From: Octopus sinensis
Lineage: Eukaryota
Direction of reading: 5' to 3'
Length of the DNA stretch: 10,127 nt
NCBI RefSeq assembly: GCF_006345805.1
Contig: NW_021827755.1
Coordinates: 1-10,127, forward strand
The position numbers and the translations under genes are program-made. The notes beneath the pieces were generated by a model that saw nothing but the letters and a program-made list of their open reading frames with translations, ran no database searches and had not been told where the DNA came from. Of this stretch, positions 1 to 8,154 are shown one piece after another; the stretch's first letter is position 1, and each line of letters starts with the position of its first letter.

Positions 1-522
1 AAGCCCAGTCAATGCAGCGAAAGCACCGTGACTCACCTCCTCCAAAGAAGGCAAGGGTGCAGCCCTCCGCTGATAAGGTTATGCTCACAGTCTTCTGGGA
101 CCAGGACGGAGTAGTGATGACAGATTTCCTGGCAAAGGGTACCACAATTACAGGAGCCTATTATGCTTCACTTTTGAGGATATTAAGAGAAGCTATCAAA
201 ATCAAGAGACGGGGCAAGATCAGCAAAGGCATCCTCCTCCTGCAGGACAACGCTCTGATCCACAACTCGCGTGTCACCAGATCAGAAGCACAGGCGTGCA
301 GCTATGAACTCCTCCCCTTGCACCCTCTGATTTTCACCTCTTCCCAGCCATGAAGTTGATTTTGAAAGGAAAGCGTTCCCAGATGATGCAGCCTTGATGT
401 CTGAAGTCACGTTGAGGTTGGAGGACCAAGCTGGTTTCTTCTACAAAAACGGTCTCCAGAGCCACATGAAACGATCGGAGAAATGCGTAACTCCGGGTGG
501 TTCCTGTGTAGATAAAGACTAA
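1..522 (+). pseudogene. Mariner transposase C-terminal catalytic region, frameshifted
   Basis: ORF 12-353 has KKARVQPSADKVMLTVFWD...GTTITGAYY..LL..LR.AI..KRRGK...LLLQDNA. A second frame from 317 gives LAPSDFHLFPAMKLILKGKR. A third frame, 376-522, gives FPDDAALMSEV...FFYKNGL...KCV..G..VDKD*. The HPPYSPD motif is missing. Confidence 0.92.
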
Positions 523-595
523 TAACTGTGCCAAGTGTCGTTGCTCTACTGCTATGGGAAGTGTGTCAGGGGCATTACTTATTGAACGCCCCTCG
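1..595 (+). mobile_element. 3' part of a mariner (Tc1/mariner, D,D34D-type) DNA transposon with its right terminal inverted repeat
   Basis: Transposase remnant at 1-522, then terminal sequence ending ...TTATTGAACGCCCCTCG (about 566-595) followed by TA at 596-597. The reverse complement TA-CGAGGGGCGTTCAATAAG resembles mariner termini. The element runs off the left edge of the window. Confidence 0.88.
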
Positions 596-627
596 TATAT
601 ATATATGTATATATATATACACATATA
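596..627. repeat. (TA)n-type microsatellite abutting the mariner end
   Basis: Direct reading: TATATATATATGTATATATATATACACATATA. Confidence 0.9.
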
Positions 628-900
628 CATCATCATCATCATCATCGTTTAGCGTCCGCTTTCCATGCTAGCATGGGTTGGACGGATCAACTGGGGTCTG
701 TGAAGCTGGAAGGGTTCGTCAGGCCCAGTCAGATCTGGCAGTGTTTCTACGGCTGGATGCCCTTCCTAACGCCAACCACTCCGCGAGTGTAGTGGGTGTT
801 TTTTACGTGCCACCTGCACAGGTGCCAGACAGAGCTGGCGAACGGCCACGAACGGATGGTGCTTTTACGTGTCACCGGCACGGGGCCAGGCGATGCTGGC
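628..900 (-). mobile_element. 3' UTR/tail fragment of an RTE-clade LINE (or RTE-tailed SINE) with (ATG)n tail
   Basis: (CAT)n at 628-645 followed by CGTTTAGCGTCCGCTTTCCATGCTAGCATGGGTTGGACGG...GGATGCCCTTCCTAACGCCAACCACTCC. Near-identical to 2007-2210. Its TTTTACGTGCCACC motif is the reverse complement of GGTGGCACGTAAAA at 9946-9959, downstream of the RTE ORF remnant. Confidence 0.75.
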
Positions 901-971
901 AATACAAAGTTTTAAAGTGTTTAGTTACCTAGAAATTATGTTGAAAACTGCTGGTCAAACCGAAAAAATCC
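901..971. mobile_element. Terminal fragment of a MITE-like element (one TIR)
   Basis: 944-971 (AAAACTGCTGGTCAAACCGAAAAAATCC) is the reverse complement of 2988-3015 at 25/28 positions. The family assignment is from recollection of a common octopus repeat, not from a search. Confidence 0.55.
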
Positions 972-1413
972 CAAATCTACATTTCAAAATCAGTCTTTAA
1001 ATGCATCTGTCAGTGCAAAATTTTGTCATCTCAACAAAGTTCCATCAATTTACCATTCTGTACTACAATATGAGCAAAACAACTTTCTTTTTACACTTTG
1101 CATCTGAAAAATCTTTAATGAATTTCTCAAACTGTATATTACGGAGATGTACTTGCATAGCAAGTGACTTGATCTGAGATCGTGTGCTGGAACGAAAACA
1201 ATCGCAGCGTGGAATGTGTTTATAAGCCATTTAAGAAACACACAAAAACCATTTCTTATCTCTGCATCTTAAGTTTACTGATGCAGAAAGAACAACTTCC
1301 TCCAAGGTTGATGCTAAATTTGTCTTTCATCTGTGTTTCTACACATTCCTGGCATCCAGTTCCAAGTATTCATACCAAAGTTTACCCAAAAAACCATTTA
1401 GATCCATCACTTT

Positions 1414-1807
1414 AGGCGCAGGAGTGGCTGTGTGGTAAGTAGCTTGCTAACCAACCACATGGTTCCGGGTTCAGTCCCACTGCGTGGCATCTTGGGCAAG
1501 TGTCTTCTACTATAGCCCCAGGCCGACCAATGCCTTGTGAGTGGATTTGGTAGACTGAAACTGAAAGAAGCCTGTCGTATATATGTATATATATATATAT
1601 GTTTGTGTGTCTGTGTTTGTCCCCCTAGCATTGCTTGACAACCGATGCCGGTGTGTTTACGTACCCGTCACTTAGCAGTTCGGCAAAAGAGACCGATAGA
1701 ATAAGTACTGGGCTTACAAAGAATAAGTCCCGGGGTCGATTTGCTCGACTAAAAGGCGGTGCTCCAGCATGGCTGCAGTCAAATGACTGAAACAAGTAAA
1801 AGAGAGT
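1414..1807 (+). mobile_element. Full-length tRNA-derived SINE with CORE-like segment, copy 1
   Basis: Pol III A box TGGCTGTGTGG (1425-1435), B box GGTTCAGTCCC (1468-1478), CORE-like CTTGGGCAAGTGTCTT (1491-1506), internal TA/TG tract and AAGAG-type tail. Near-identical to 3843-4255. Possible short TSD ACTTTA (1409-1414 / 1808-1813). Confidence 0.88.
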
Positions 1808-2006
1808 ACTTTATGCAGATAAATTTCAACTCTTTAAATATCTTTGTGTACTGTTAAAATTTAGAAGAATCCATCAGAGAAGTTTCAAGACAACTCCCTT
1901 TATCTGAGCTCCATATCTTAGTTCAGGTATTTATTCCAAACCATCTTTAACAGAGCGGTTTCTTCATAAATGACAGTGATAAATATTACCTACAACTTTC
2001 GGGATT

Positions 2007-2210
2007 CATCATCATCATCGTTTAACGTCCGTTTTCCGCGCTAGCATGGGTTGGACGGTTCAACTGGGGTCTGGGAAGCCAGGGGCTGCACCAGGTTCCA
2101 GTCTGATCTGGCAGTGTTTCTACAGCTGGATGCCCTTCCTAACGCCAACCACTCCGCGAGTGTAGTGGGTGCTTTTTACGTGCCACCTGCACAGGTGCCA
2201 GGGGGGGTCT
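2007..2210 (-). mobile_element. Second 3' tail fragment of the same RTE-related family
   Basis: (CAT)n tail plus about 190 bp highly similar to 628-835. Confidence 0.75.
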
Positions 2211-2306
2211 GCCTGTTTTAATTAATCAGACCCATTGGAAATTAATCAAACTGCTCAAAATTAATTAATAAGCACCAAAATTCCAATGTGCTAAGATCCT
2301 AAACAT

Positions 2307-2437
2307 CAGGTCTCTCTCAGCTAGAAATACTGCAACGACCACAAAACAATACCAGTTCTCTCCCAGCCAGAAACACTGCAATGAAAACAAAATACCAGGT
2401 CCCAGCTAGAAATACTGGAATGACAACAATACAATAC
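2307..2437. repeat. Degenerate minisatellite, three copies of a ~42-45-bp unit
   Basis: The core CAGCTAGAAATACTGCAA(C/T)GAC..CAA.ATAC recurs with variants starting near 2307, 2352 and 2396. Confidence 0.65.
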
Positions 2438-2566
2438 TTTAGTCCAGTAGTTCTTGCAACTTTTAAGATTTATGGGGACGGAGGGGATCCACAATTGTAG
2501 AAATTTCCATGTGTAGAACCAGTGAAAATTAGATATATATATTTACGAAATCGATACAAATATCTT

Positions 2567-2648
2567 CAGCTAGCAGGCTTCTGCTACTCTAGACTGATGA
2601 TGGGCAAAGACCCTGAAACATCCGTGTCTCTAGATGCAGGCCTAGCTG
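2567..2648 (+). ncRNA. Type I hammerhead ribozyme (predicted), canonical CUGAUGA core
   Basis: Stem I UCUAGA 2588-2593 / 2629-2634. CUGAUGA 2594-2600. Stem II GGG/CCC (2602-2604 / 2611-2613) with loop CAAAGA and a U.U at its base. GAAA 2615-2618. Stem III ACA/UGU with a UCCG loop. GUC cleavage triplet 2626-2628. Stem I extends via CUGC/GCAG and CAGCUAG/CUAGCUG. Confidence 0.8.
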
Positions 2649-2987
2649 TTGGGGGTATTTGTCTCCCCTTCGTAAATATATAAGGACACAGTGTGTTGAA
2701 GCTTCCTAGGGCTAAACAGCGGTGGTGTAATCCCCTACTGTCACGTTAAGTTGACAGTATACAACCATTACAAATTCGCAAACATTTTCCTGAAAATACT
2801 AAAAAATAGAAGCGATGATGGGTTACTTAAACCAGAAATTCTGCCCATTTCCCCAATATTTCATAATAATAGAAGTTCCACCACGACCACCACAAAGTGT
2901 ATATTCTTTTAAGTGTTGTTAAATCATTAAAGACAAATGATTTCTCCACATGACGGGAGCTTACAAAAGGTTGTAAACTACAACTTC

Positions 2988-3262
2988 GGATCTTTTCGGT
3001 TTGAACGGCAGTTTTTTCTAGCGGTGTCATATGAAATTGTCACCCATAATTATGACCCTAGTATCGATCTATTGCATTTCAATCTGTTTTGGGGTTAGGG
3101 GTGGTGGGAAGGGTATCTTTTTTTCTTCAACAAATGTAAATAAACCCAATCTGTTTCTTAAATGAGGGATATATTCATACGGCACAGAATGTTTTTGTTT
3201 TTTTACCTCAATAGACATCATTGATTGGTTGAAATTGCAGAAATTGAAGCAAAAAAAACAAT
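2988..3262. mobile_element. MITE-like element fragment (one TIR plus internal sequence) overlapping the tail of the zinc-finger ORF
   Basis: TIR-like GGATCTTTTCGGTTTGAACGGCAGTTTT (2988-3015) matches 944-971 in inverted orientation. The internal extent and the boundary near 3260 rest on recollection of a common octopus repeat and are approximate. Confidence 0.55.
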
Positions 3263-3803
3263 GCAGTAAAACAGTTTTGTCTCTTGCGTGTATTTTTTTA
3301 TGCAAACCAAGGGCTGAGCTGTGGGAGAAAGATTTCCCACACAGCCCACAATGATAAGGTCTTTCTCCAGTATGGACTCTTTTGTGAGAAACAAGATGAG
3401 CATTTTGAGTGAAAGATTTACCACAAGTATCACAGTGGAACCGTTTTTCCCCAGTGTGTGTTCGTTTATGGGTCCTTAAATTACTGTTGTCGAGAAAACT
3501 TTTTCCACAAATCTCACAATGAGAAGGTCTTTCTCCTGTATGGACTCTGATGTGTTTCACTAAATCGTTTTTAGAGAGGAATGACTTCTCGCACACTTGA
3601 CAGTGGAACGGTTTCTCTCCCGTGTGAATTCGTTTGTGTCTGGCTAAATTACTCCTAGAGACGGAAGGAATTCCACATAGGTCACAGTGGAATGGTTTCT
3701 CCCCGGTGCGACTCCGTATATGGATGACAAGACTGGATTTCCAACAGAAAGATTTCCCGCATATTTCACACTGAAACGAACTTTCTTTAGTGGGCGTTTC
3801 CAA
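3069..3803 (-). CDS. Tandem C2H2 (Kruppel-type) zinc-finger protein: probable terminal exon or young pseudogene
   Basis: Six 28-aa C-x2-C-x12-H-x3-H units with TGEKP/TGERP linkers at 3776-3288. The annotated start is TTG, not ATG. The frame is open back to a TGA near 3831-3833, and candidate TTTAG acceptors lie at 3815-3819 and 3826-3830. Finger 1 has His->Arg at its last ligand, and finger 2 lacks the conserved Phe. Confidence 0.85.
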   Translation of the reverse strand: METPTKESSFQCEICGKSFCWKSSLVIHIRSRTGEKPFHCDLCGIPSVSRSNLARHKRIHTGEKPFHCQVCEKSFLSKNDLVKHIRVHTGERPSHCEICGKSFLDNSNLRTHKRTHTGEKRFHCDTCGKSFTQNAHLVSHKRVHTGERPYHCGLCGKSFSHSSALGLHKKIHARDKTVLLHCFFCFNFCNFNQSMMSIEVKKQKHSVPYEYIPHLRNRLGLFTFVEEKKIPFPPPLTPKQIEMQ

Positions 3804-3842
3804 ATCGTATTTCTCTAAATCAACACTAAATCATACATACAT

Positions 3843-4255
3843 AGGCGCAGGAGTGGCTGTGTAGTAAGTAGCTTGCTAACCAACCACATGGTTCCGGGTT
3901 CAGTCCCACTGTGTGGCATCTTGGGCAAGTGTCTTCTGCTATAGCCCTGGGCCGACCAATGCCTTGTGAGTGGATTTGGTAGACGGAAACTGAAAGAAGC
4001 CTGTCGAATATATGTATATATATATAAGTGTGTGTGTATATGTTTGTGTGTCTGTGTTTGTCCCCCTAGCATTGCTTGACAACCGATGCTGGTGTGTTTA
4101 CGTCCTCGTCACTTAGCGGTTCGGCAAAAAAGAGACCGGTAGAATAAGTACTGGGCTTACAAAGAATAAGTCCCGGGGTCGATTTGGTCGACTAAAGGAG
4201 GTGCTCCAGCATGGCCGCAGTCAAATGACTGAAACAAGTAAAAGAGTTAAAGGGT
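3843..4255 (+). mobile_element. Full-length tRNA-derived CORE-like SINE, copy 2
   Basis: Colinear and near-identical to 1414-1807 (GGCGCAGGAGTGGCTGTG...CAAATGACTGAAACAAGTAAAAGAGT). It lies antisense to, and about 40 bp from, the 5' end of the zinc-finger ORF. Confidence 0.88.
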
Positions 4256-4395
4256 TATATTTATATATATATGTATATATATATACATACATACATATAT
4301 ATGTATATATATACATATATATATATATGTATATCTATATATACATATATATATTTATATATATATGTATTTATATATATACATACATGTATATA
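4256..4395. repeat. Compound (TA)n/(TACA)n microsatellite
   Basis: Direct reading. Confidence 0.92.
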
Positions 4396-4791
4396 CTAGC
4401 AGTATCGCCCGGCGTTGCTCGGGTTTGTAAGGGAAATAACTATATAAACATTTTTAGAGAGTTATAGCGAAAAAATAGCCAAAAAATGCATTAAAAATGG
4501 AAAAAAAATTAAGGTAAATTTCTTTTTTAAATCGTTGACACATCGTAGATATTCTTAGAGAGTTACTTCCTTATATAATAGCGAAAAAATTCATTAAAAT
4601 GGAAAAATATGATGGTAAATTTTTTTAAATCGTAGACTCATCGTAGATGCGCGCTAATACCCAGAAGGGCTCGATATGACTCACGACTTTAAGATACTCG
4701 CTTTTGGTTAAACTGCACCGCAAAATGTTGAAGTAGTTACGAATCTAAATCGTAGGAGACAGACACACAACGTCACTTTTATATATAAAGA
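4396..4791 (-). mobile_element. Non-autonomous Helitron-like element, family A, copy 1
   Basis: On the minus strand it begins A|TC (GA at 4790-4791) and ends CTAG|T (4396-4399). A GC-rich hairpin CCCGAGCAACGCCGGG (4408-4423) lies 8 nt before CTAG. There is no TSD. Sister copy at 5877-6373. Confidence 0.75.
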
Positions 4792-5194
4792 TATAAGCCA
4801 CGTAGTTATATACACATACTTTGTTATATAGACATTTTTAAAAGAAAATGTTATTTTGAACACAACATTTCTTTACCCTTTCGTTACTATATTTCTGACC
4901 AAAATACACCCCTTATGTGTTTCAATTAATTTGTAACGTAATCATAAATTTAGTCTGGTTTCATTAAACAACTATAACTTTTTTATTTATCAATATATTA
5001 ACGTGAATTTTGGAAGATAATTTAATGAAATGTTCTCAACCAATTCTATACTATAATTTTTGTCACAAAGTGACTCTAATTGCAGGTAGATACAAGTAAA
5101 TTCAACAATATATAAAATTATTAAAATTTTGTTCAAACATCACTATAGAAAATGGGTTATTAGCTAATATTCAATTGGGTATACAACAAAATTT

Positions 5195-5545
5195 TACGAT
5201 AGAATTTGTTATTCTGGGTAACTTTCTGATACCCATAATAATATTTATGGCAAAATAAGCCTTAATTTCATTTAAGGTTGTGGGAAATAACAAACTATCC
5301 TTTCTTTCGCTTTGTTTACATTCAGCGTAATGGTTCGTTTCCGCCGTGATGATTTCAAATGGGCTCATTCGAAAAAGTAAAAAGAAATAGTCTAAGGCTT
5401 TACTCTTCTGGGAAAGTCTGTGGCTTGGTTCAGTTTCTTCAGAAAAATCACCAAAAGAAACAGTTTTTAAATTTTCACTCCATTCAGGTGCCAATTCATT
5501 TTCTTTATCGCTGTCGGAGCTCTCGGATTCACTGTTTCCACTTTA
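5195..5545 (-). pseudogene. piggyBac (PGBD4-like, DDE_Tnp_1_7 type) transposase N-terminal fragment
   Basis: Acidic SGNSESESSDSDKENE followed by ...ALDYFFLLF...FEIITAETNHYAE...TTLNEIKAYFAINIIMGIRKLPR, matching the piggyBac pattern F.LFF...I..ETN.YA...T..EI.AF.G..I.MG...LP. Similarity ends before the DDD core. Confidence 0.82.
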
Positions 5546-5620
5546 ACCGTTGCAAACTTGCAAAGAGAAAGTCGTAGAAATTAGGGTGATAGCGTGAGTG
5601 AATCAGATCGCTCCCTTTTT

Positions 5621-5864
5621 GTGTGTGTGTGTGTGCGTGTGCTATAGCCCACAGTAAGAAAAGCACTTGACTTAGACACCACAATGTGAGTTTTCTCTAA
5701 ATTTTGCTTAATTGGGGTTGAAATTTTAAAAACTGGACCTGGCACGACCCGATGCATTCTACTCTTAAAAATGCTAGGTAAATTGTAATTGAAGAAATCC
5801 TATATTGTAGATTTCTATAAGAGACAAAGGGAGGCAGATAAAATCTGCCTTTTATAATAAGAGA
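5621..5864 (-). mobile_element. Repeat family B, copy 1 (Helitron-like 5' end)
   Basis: About 5690-5860 is near-identical to 7050-7220. The minus strand starts A|TC-TCTTATTATAAAAG, followed by a perfect 8-bp hairpin AGGCAGAT-AAA-ATCTGCCT (5832-5850). No CTAG 3' end was found, and the left boundary is approximate. Confidence 0.55.
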
Positions 5865-5876
5865 TACATATATATA

Positions 5877-6373
5877 CTAGCAGTATTGCCCGGCGTTGCT
5901 CGGGTTGTAAGGGAAATAACTATATAAGCATTTTCAGAGAGTTATAGCCAAAAAATAGCAAAAAATGCATTAAAAATTGAAAAAAAATTAAGGTAAATTT
6001 TTTTTTTAAATCGTTGACACATCGTAGATATTTTTAGAGAGGTACTTCCCTTATATAATAGCGAAAAAAATGCATTAAAATGGAAAAATATGATGGTAAA
6101 TTTTTTTTTAAATCGTTGACACATCGTAGATATTTTTAGAGAGGTACTTCCCTTATATAATAGCGAAAAAAATGCATTAAAATGGAAAAATATGATGGTA
6201 AATTTTTTTTAAATCGTAGACTCATCGTAGACGCGCGCTAATACCCAGAAGAGCTCGATATGCATCACGACTATAAGATACCCGCTTTTGGTTAAACTGC
6301 ACCGCAAAATGTGGGAGTAGTTACGAATCTAAATCGTAGGAGACAGACACACAACTTCACTCTTATATAAAGA
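5877..6373 (-). mobile_element. Non-autonomous Helitron-like element, family A, copy 2 (one extra internal ~101-bp unit)
   Basis: Same termini as 4396-4791 (CTAG 5877-5880, GA 6372-6373). An internal unit recurs at 6011, 6113 and 6214. Length is 497 bp versus 396 bp for copy 1. Confidence 0.75.
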
Positions 6374-6374
6374 T

Positions 6375-6474
6375 GCTTTTTTTTTTCAGTCATAGAGTTA
6401 GATTTATGAAGGTCTTCAGTAGAAAATCCTTCGAATTCTGACTCGCTGCTTGATATAATGAAATTTGTATCCAT
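6375..6474 (-). pseudogene. Probable first codons of the same piggyBac transposase
   Basis: A true ATG at 6474-6472 gives MDTNFIISSSESEFEGFSTEDL, an SDSEFEGF-like acidic N-terminus. It lies 225 bp inside the TIR and is cut at 6374 by a Helitron-like insert. Confidence 0.6.
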
Positions 6475-6982
6475 TTTTTGTCAGAATTACAAATTTTGAA
6501 AACACAATAGGAACAAATTTCGGAAAAAAATCTCCCAAAATTCACGGAATTAAAATTACACTTCGATTTTTGTACAAAACTGTATTTGAAGTGTTTACGA
6601 AGTATAATACGTGTTTTCACGAATGTACTAAAGAGATTTACTCTGATATTCTCATTTAAATATGAATAGGTAAATTCGGGCAGTTTGGTAACGAAAGGGT
6701 TAAACGGATGCATACATTTATTAATAACTATATATAAGTGTCGTCTGTTTATACATAAACACTGTTTCATACTTTCAGTTTAGTCTTCCTCAAATCACTC
6801 TGTCGCTATTTACTCTCTTCCAAGAACATTTTCACTCACTCTATCTCTTAGCTTGCCATACATTTACTCATGTATCTATCAGCGTGATAGATAGAAACAA
6901 ATATACATCGCCATCGCATTCTATTGTCTACCTGTCAACACACACACAGTGAATTAGTTTCAGTTTATTCGTTGCACACAGT

Positions 6983-7221
6983 GTGTGTGCGTTTACGTGT
7001 GCTGTAAACCAGACTAAGAAAAAGCATTGACATACACACCAGAATGTGAGTTTTCTGTAAATTTTGCTTAATTGGAGTTTAAATTTTAAAAACTGGACCT
7101 GGCATGACCCGATGCATTCTACTCTTAAAAATGCTAGGTAAATTGTAATTGAAGAAATCCTATATTGTAGATTTCTATAAGTGACAAAGGGAGGCAGATA
7201 AAATCTGCCTTTTATAATAAG

Positions 7222-7222
<1 letters not shown>
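6983..7222 (-). mobile_element. Repeat family B, copy 2
   Basis: Matches 5621-5864, with the hairpin at 7192-7210. It ends against a TA microsatellite. The left boundary is approximate. Confidence 0.55.
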
Positions 7223-7301
<79 letters not shown>

Positions 7302-7342
7302 TGTATATGTATATATATATATACATACATGTATATATACAT
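7223..7342. repeat. (TA)n microsatellite with TG/CA interruptions
   Basis: Direct reading. Confidence 0.92.
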
Positions 7343-7400
7343 AGTACGTTTAAATATTTGTTGTGCAAGATTTTTTATGTGAAGTCGTGTGTTGAAACAG

Positions 7401-7567
7401 ATATTGTTATATTTTGGAATGGTCATTTTGCCAGTGTAGCCAATAAAAACACAAGCACTATATATTTGGTGTTATTTTGCTTCAGTGTTATTTATTTTTT
7501 ACATTAATCTTAATCTTAATCTTATTGGCTACACTGGCAAAATGACCATTCCGAAATATAACAGTAT
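7401..7567. repeat. 46-bp inverted repeat with a 75-bp spacer
   Basis: 7401-7446 and 7522-7567 are reverse complements at 44/46 positions. (TTAATC)x3 at 7504-7521 sits at the inner junction. Confidence 0.92.
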
Positions 7568-7626
7568 ATATACATACATATATATATATATATTGATCAA
7601 AATAAAAACATGATGCCAAGGATTCA

Positions 7627-7704
7627 GCGGTACATATGTTTCGGGCCTTTATTAGACAGATTTATAACAATGCATAATGTATGTCTGTGGCCTTCTTCAG
7701 CCGC
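7627..7704 (-). ncRNA. Minimal type I hammerhead ribozyme (predicted), CUGAAGA core with long stem II insert
   Basis: Minus strand: GCGG-CUGAAGA-A-GGCC-(41 nt)-GGCC-C-GAAA-C-AUAU-GUA-CCGC. Stem I is GCGG/CCGC, stem III is the palindrome ACAUAUGU, and the triplet is GUA (H17 at 7631). Confidence 0.62.
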
Positions 7705-8112
7705 GCACAACAGCTTCCACAAGGGCATGTGTTACATCAAAAATTCTTGGTTGTGGATGCAAATCCTCTCATTCGCGTACGACATAATGCGGCAACAGCA
7801 TAGAATTGAAGCGTCCATCTCTTTCTTCTCTCAATGTAGAATGAGGAAATTTGGATGTTGAAGTAATGTAAATAAATAAATACATATATAGACGTGAAAA
7901 TTACTAAGTCTCTCTAAAAGAGAACACGGCAGCGTTCCCGGAAAATAATAGTTATCGCCATACTAATATGGCATTCTTATAAAAATAAGAATAAACTGAC
8001 CGCTTATTAGCTCCATGAGGCCATCGCCTTAAGTTAGCTATTTGATACACAAACTGTATCCATATAACCTTCGAACAAGGGAGGTCAGTCGGTCCACACT
8101 ACTTGACCGACA

Positions 8113-8154
8113 GCTACAGACGCGTTTCGGGGTATTGCCCCTTTTCAATGTAGC
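8113..8154 (-). ncRNA. Minimal type I hammerhead ribozyme, U3-A8 core variant, unit 1 (predicted)
   Basis: Minus strand: GCUACA-UUGAAAA-GGGG-CAAUA-CCCC-GAAA-C-GC-GUC-UGUAGC. It has a 6-bp stem I, a 4-bp stem II and a palindromic ACGCGU stem III. Predicted cut between 8119 and 8118. Confidence 0.8.

Larger units (their letters stand above)
4876..6699 (-). mobile_element. Internally deleted piggyBac-family transposon containing nested insertions
   Basis: Perfect 12-bp TIRs CCCTTTCGTTAC (4876-4887) and GTAACGAAAGGG (6688-6699), flanked by TTTA (4872-4875) and TTAA (6700-6703). Transposase remnants lie inside. Confidence 0.82.

Noticed and set aside
1131-1250. Segment that looks like a fragment of another interspersed repeat, with a CTGAGA...GAAAAC resemblance to a hammerhead
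   Set aside because: No second copy or terminus in the window, the core lacks N7 and no helices form, so neither call can be supported from the sequence.
1414-1490. tRNA gene at the SINE heads (also 3843-3920)
   Set aside because: A and B boxes are present but no complete cloverleaf forms, and the sequence continues into a SINE body and tail.
2540-2575. Minus-strand CUGAAGA at 2569-2563 as a second, opposite-polarity hammerhead
   Set aside because: No stem II followed by GAAA, and no stem III or NUH at suitable spacing (it reads UUCGUAAA).
944-3015. Inverted pair 944-971 / 2988-3015 as the two ends of one 2-kb element
   Set aside because: By my recollection of the family, the termini face away from the intervening DNA (right end of one copy, left end of another), and no shared TSD is visible. 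Treated as two separate fragments.
3091-3108. TTAGGG / G-rich patch as telomeric repeat or G-quadruplex
   Set aside because: A single TTAGGG inside a MITE-like fragment, not an array; no functional support.
1407-4072. Twin ORFs MLGGQTQTHKH... (1407-1631 and 3815-4072)
   Set aside because: Antisense translations of the two SINE copies; no protein features.
7610-7861. 83-aa ORF overlapping the 7627 hammerhead
   Set aside because: No recognisable domain; the length is compatible with chance, and the region is better explained as structured non-coding repeat.
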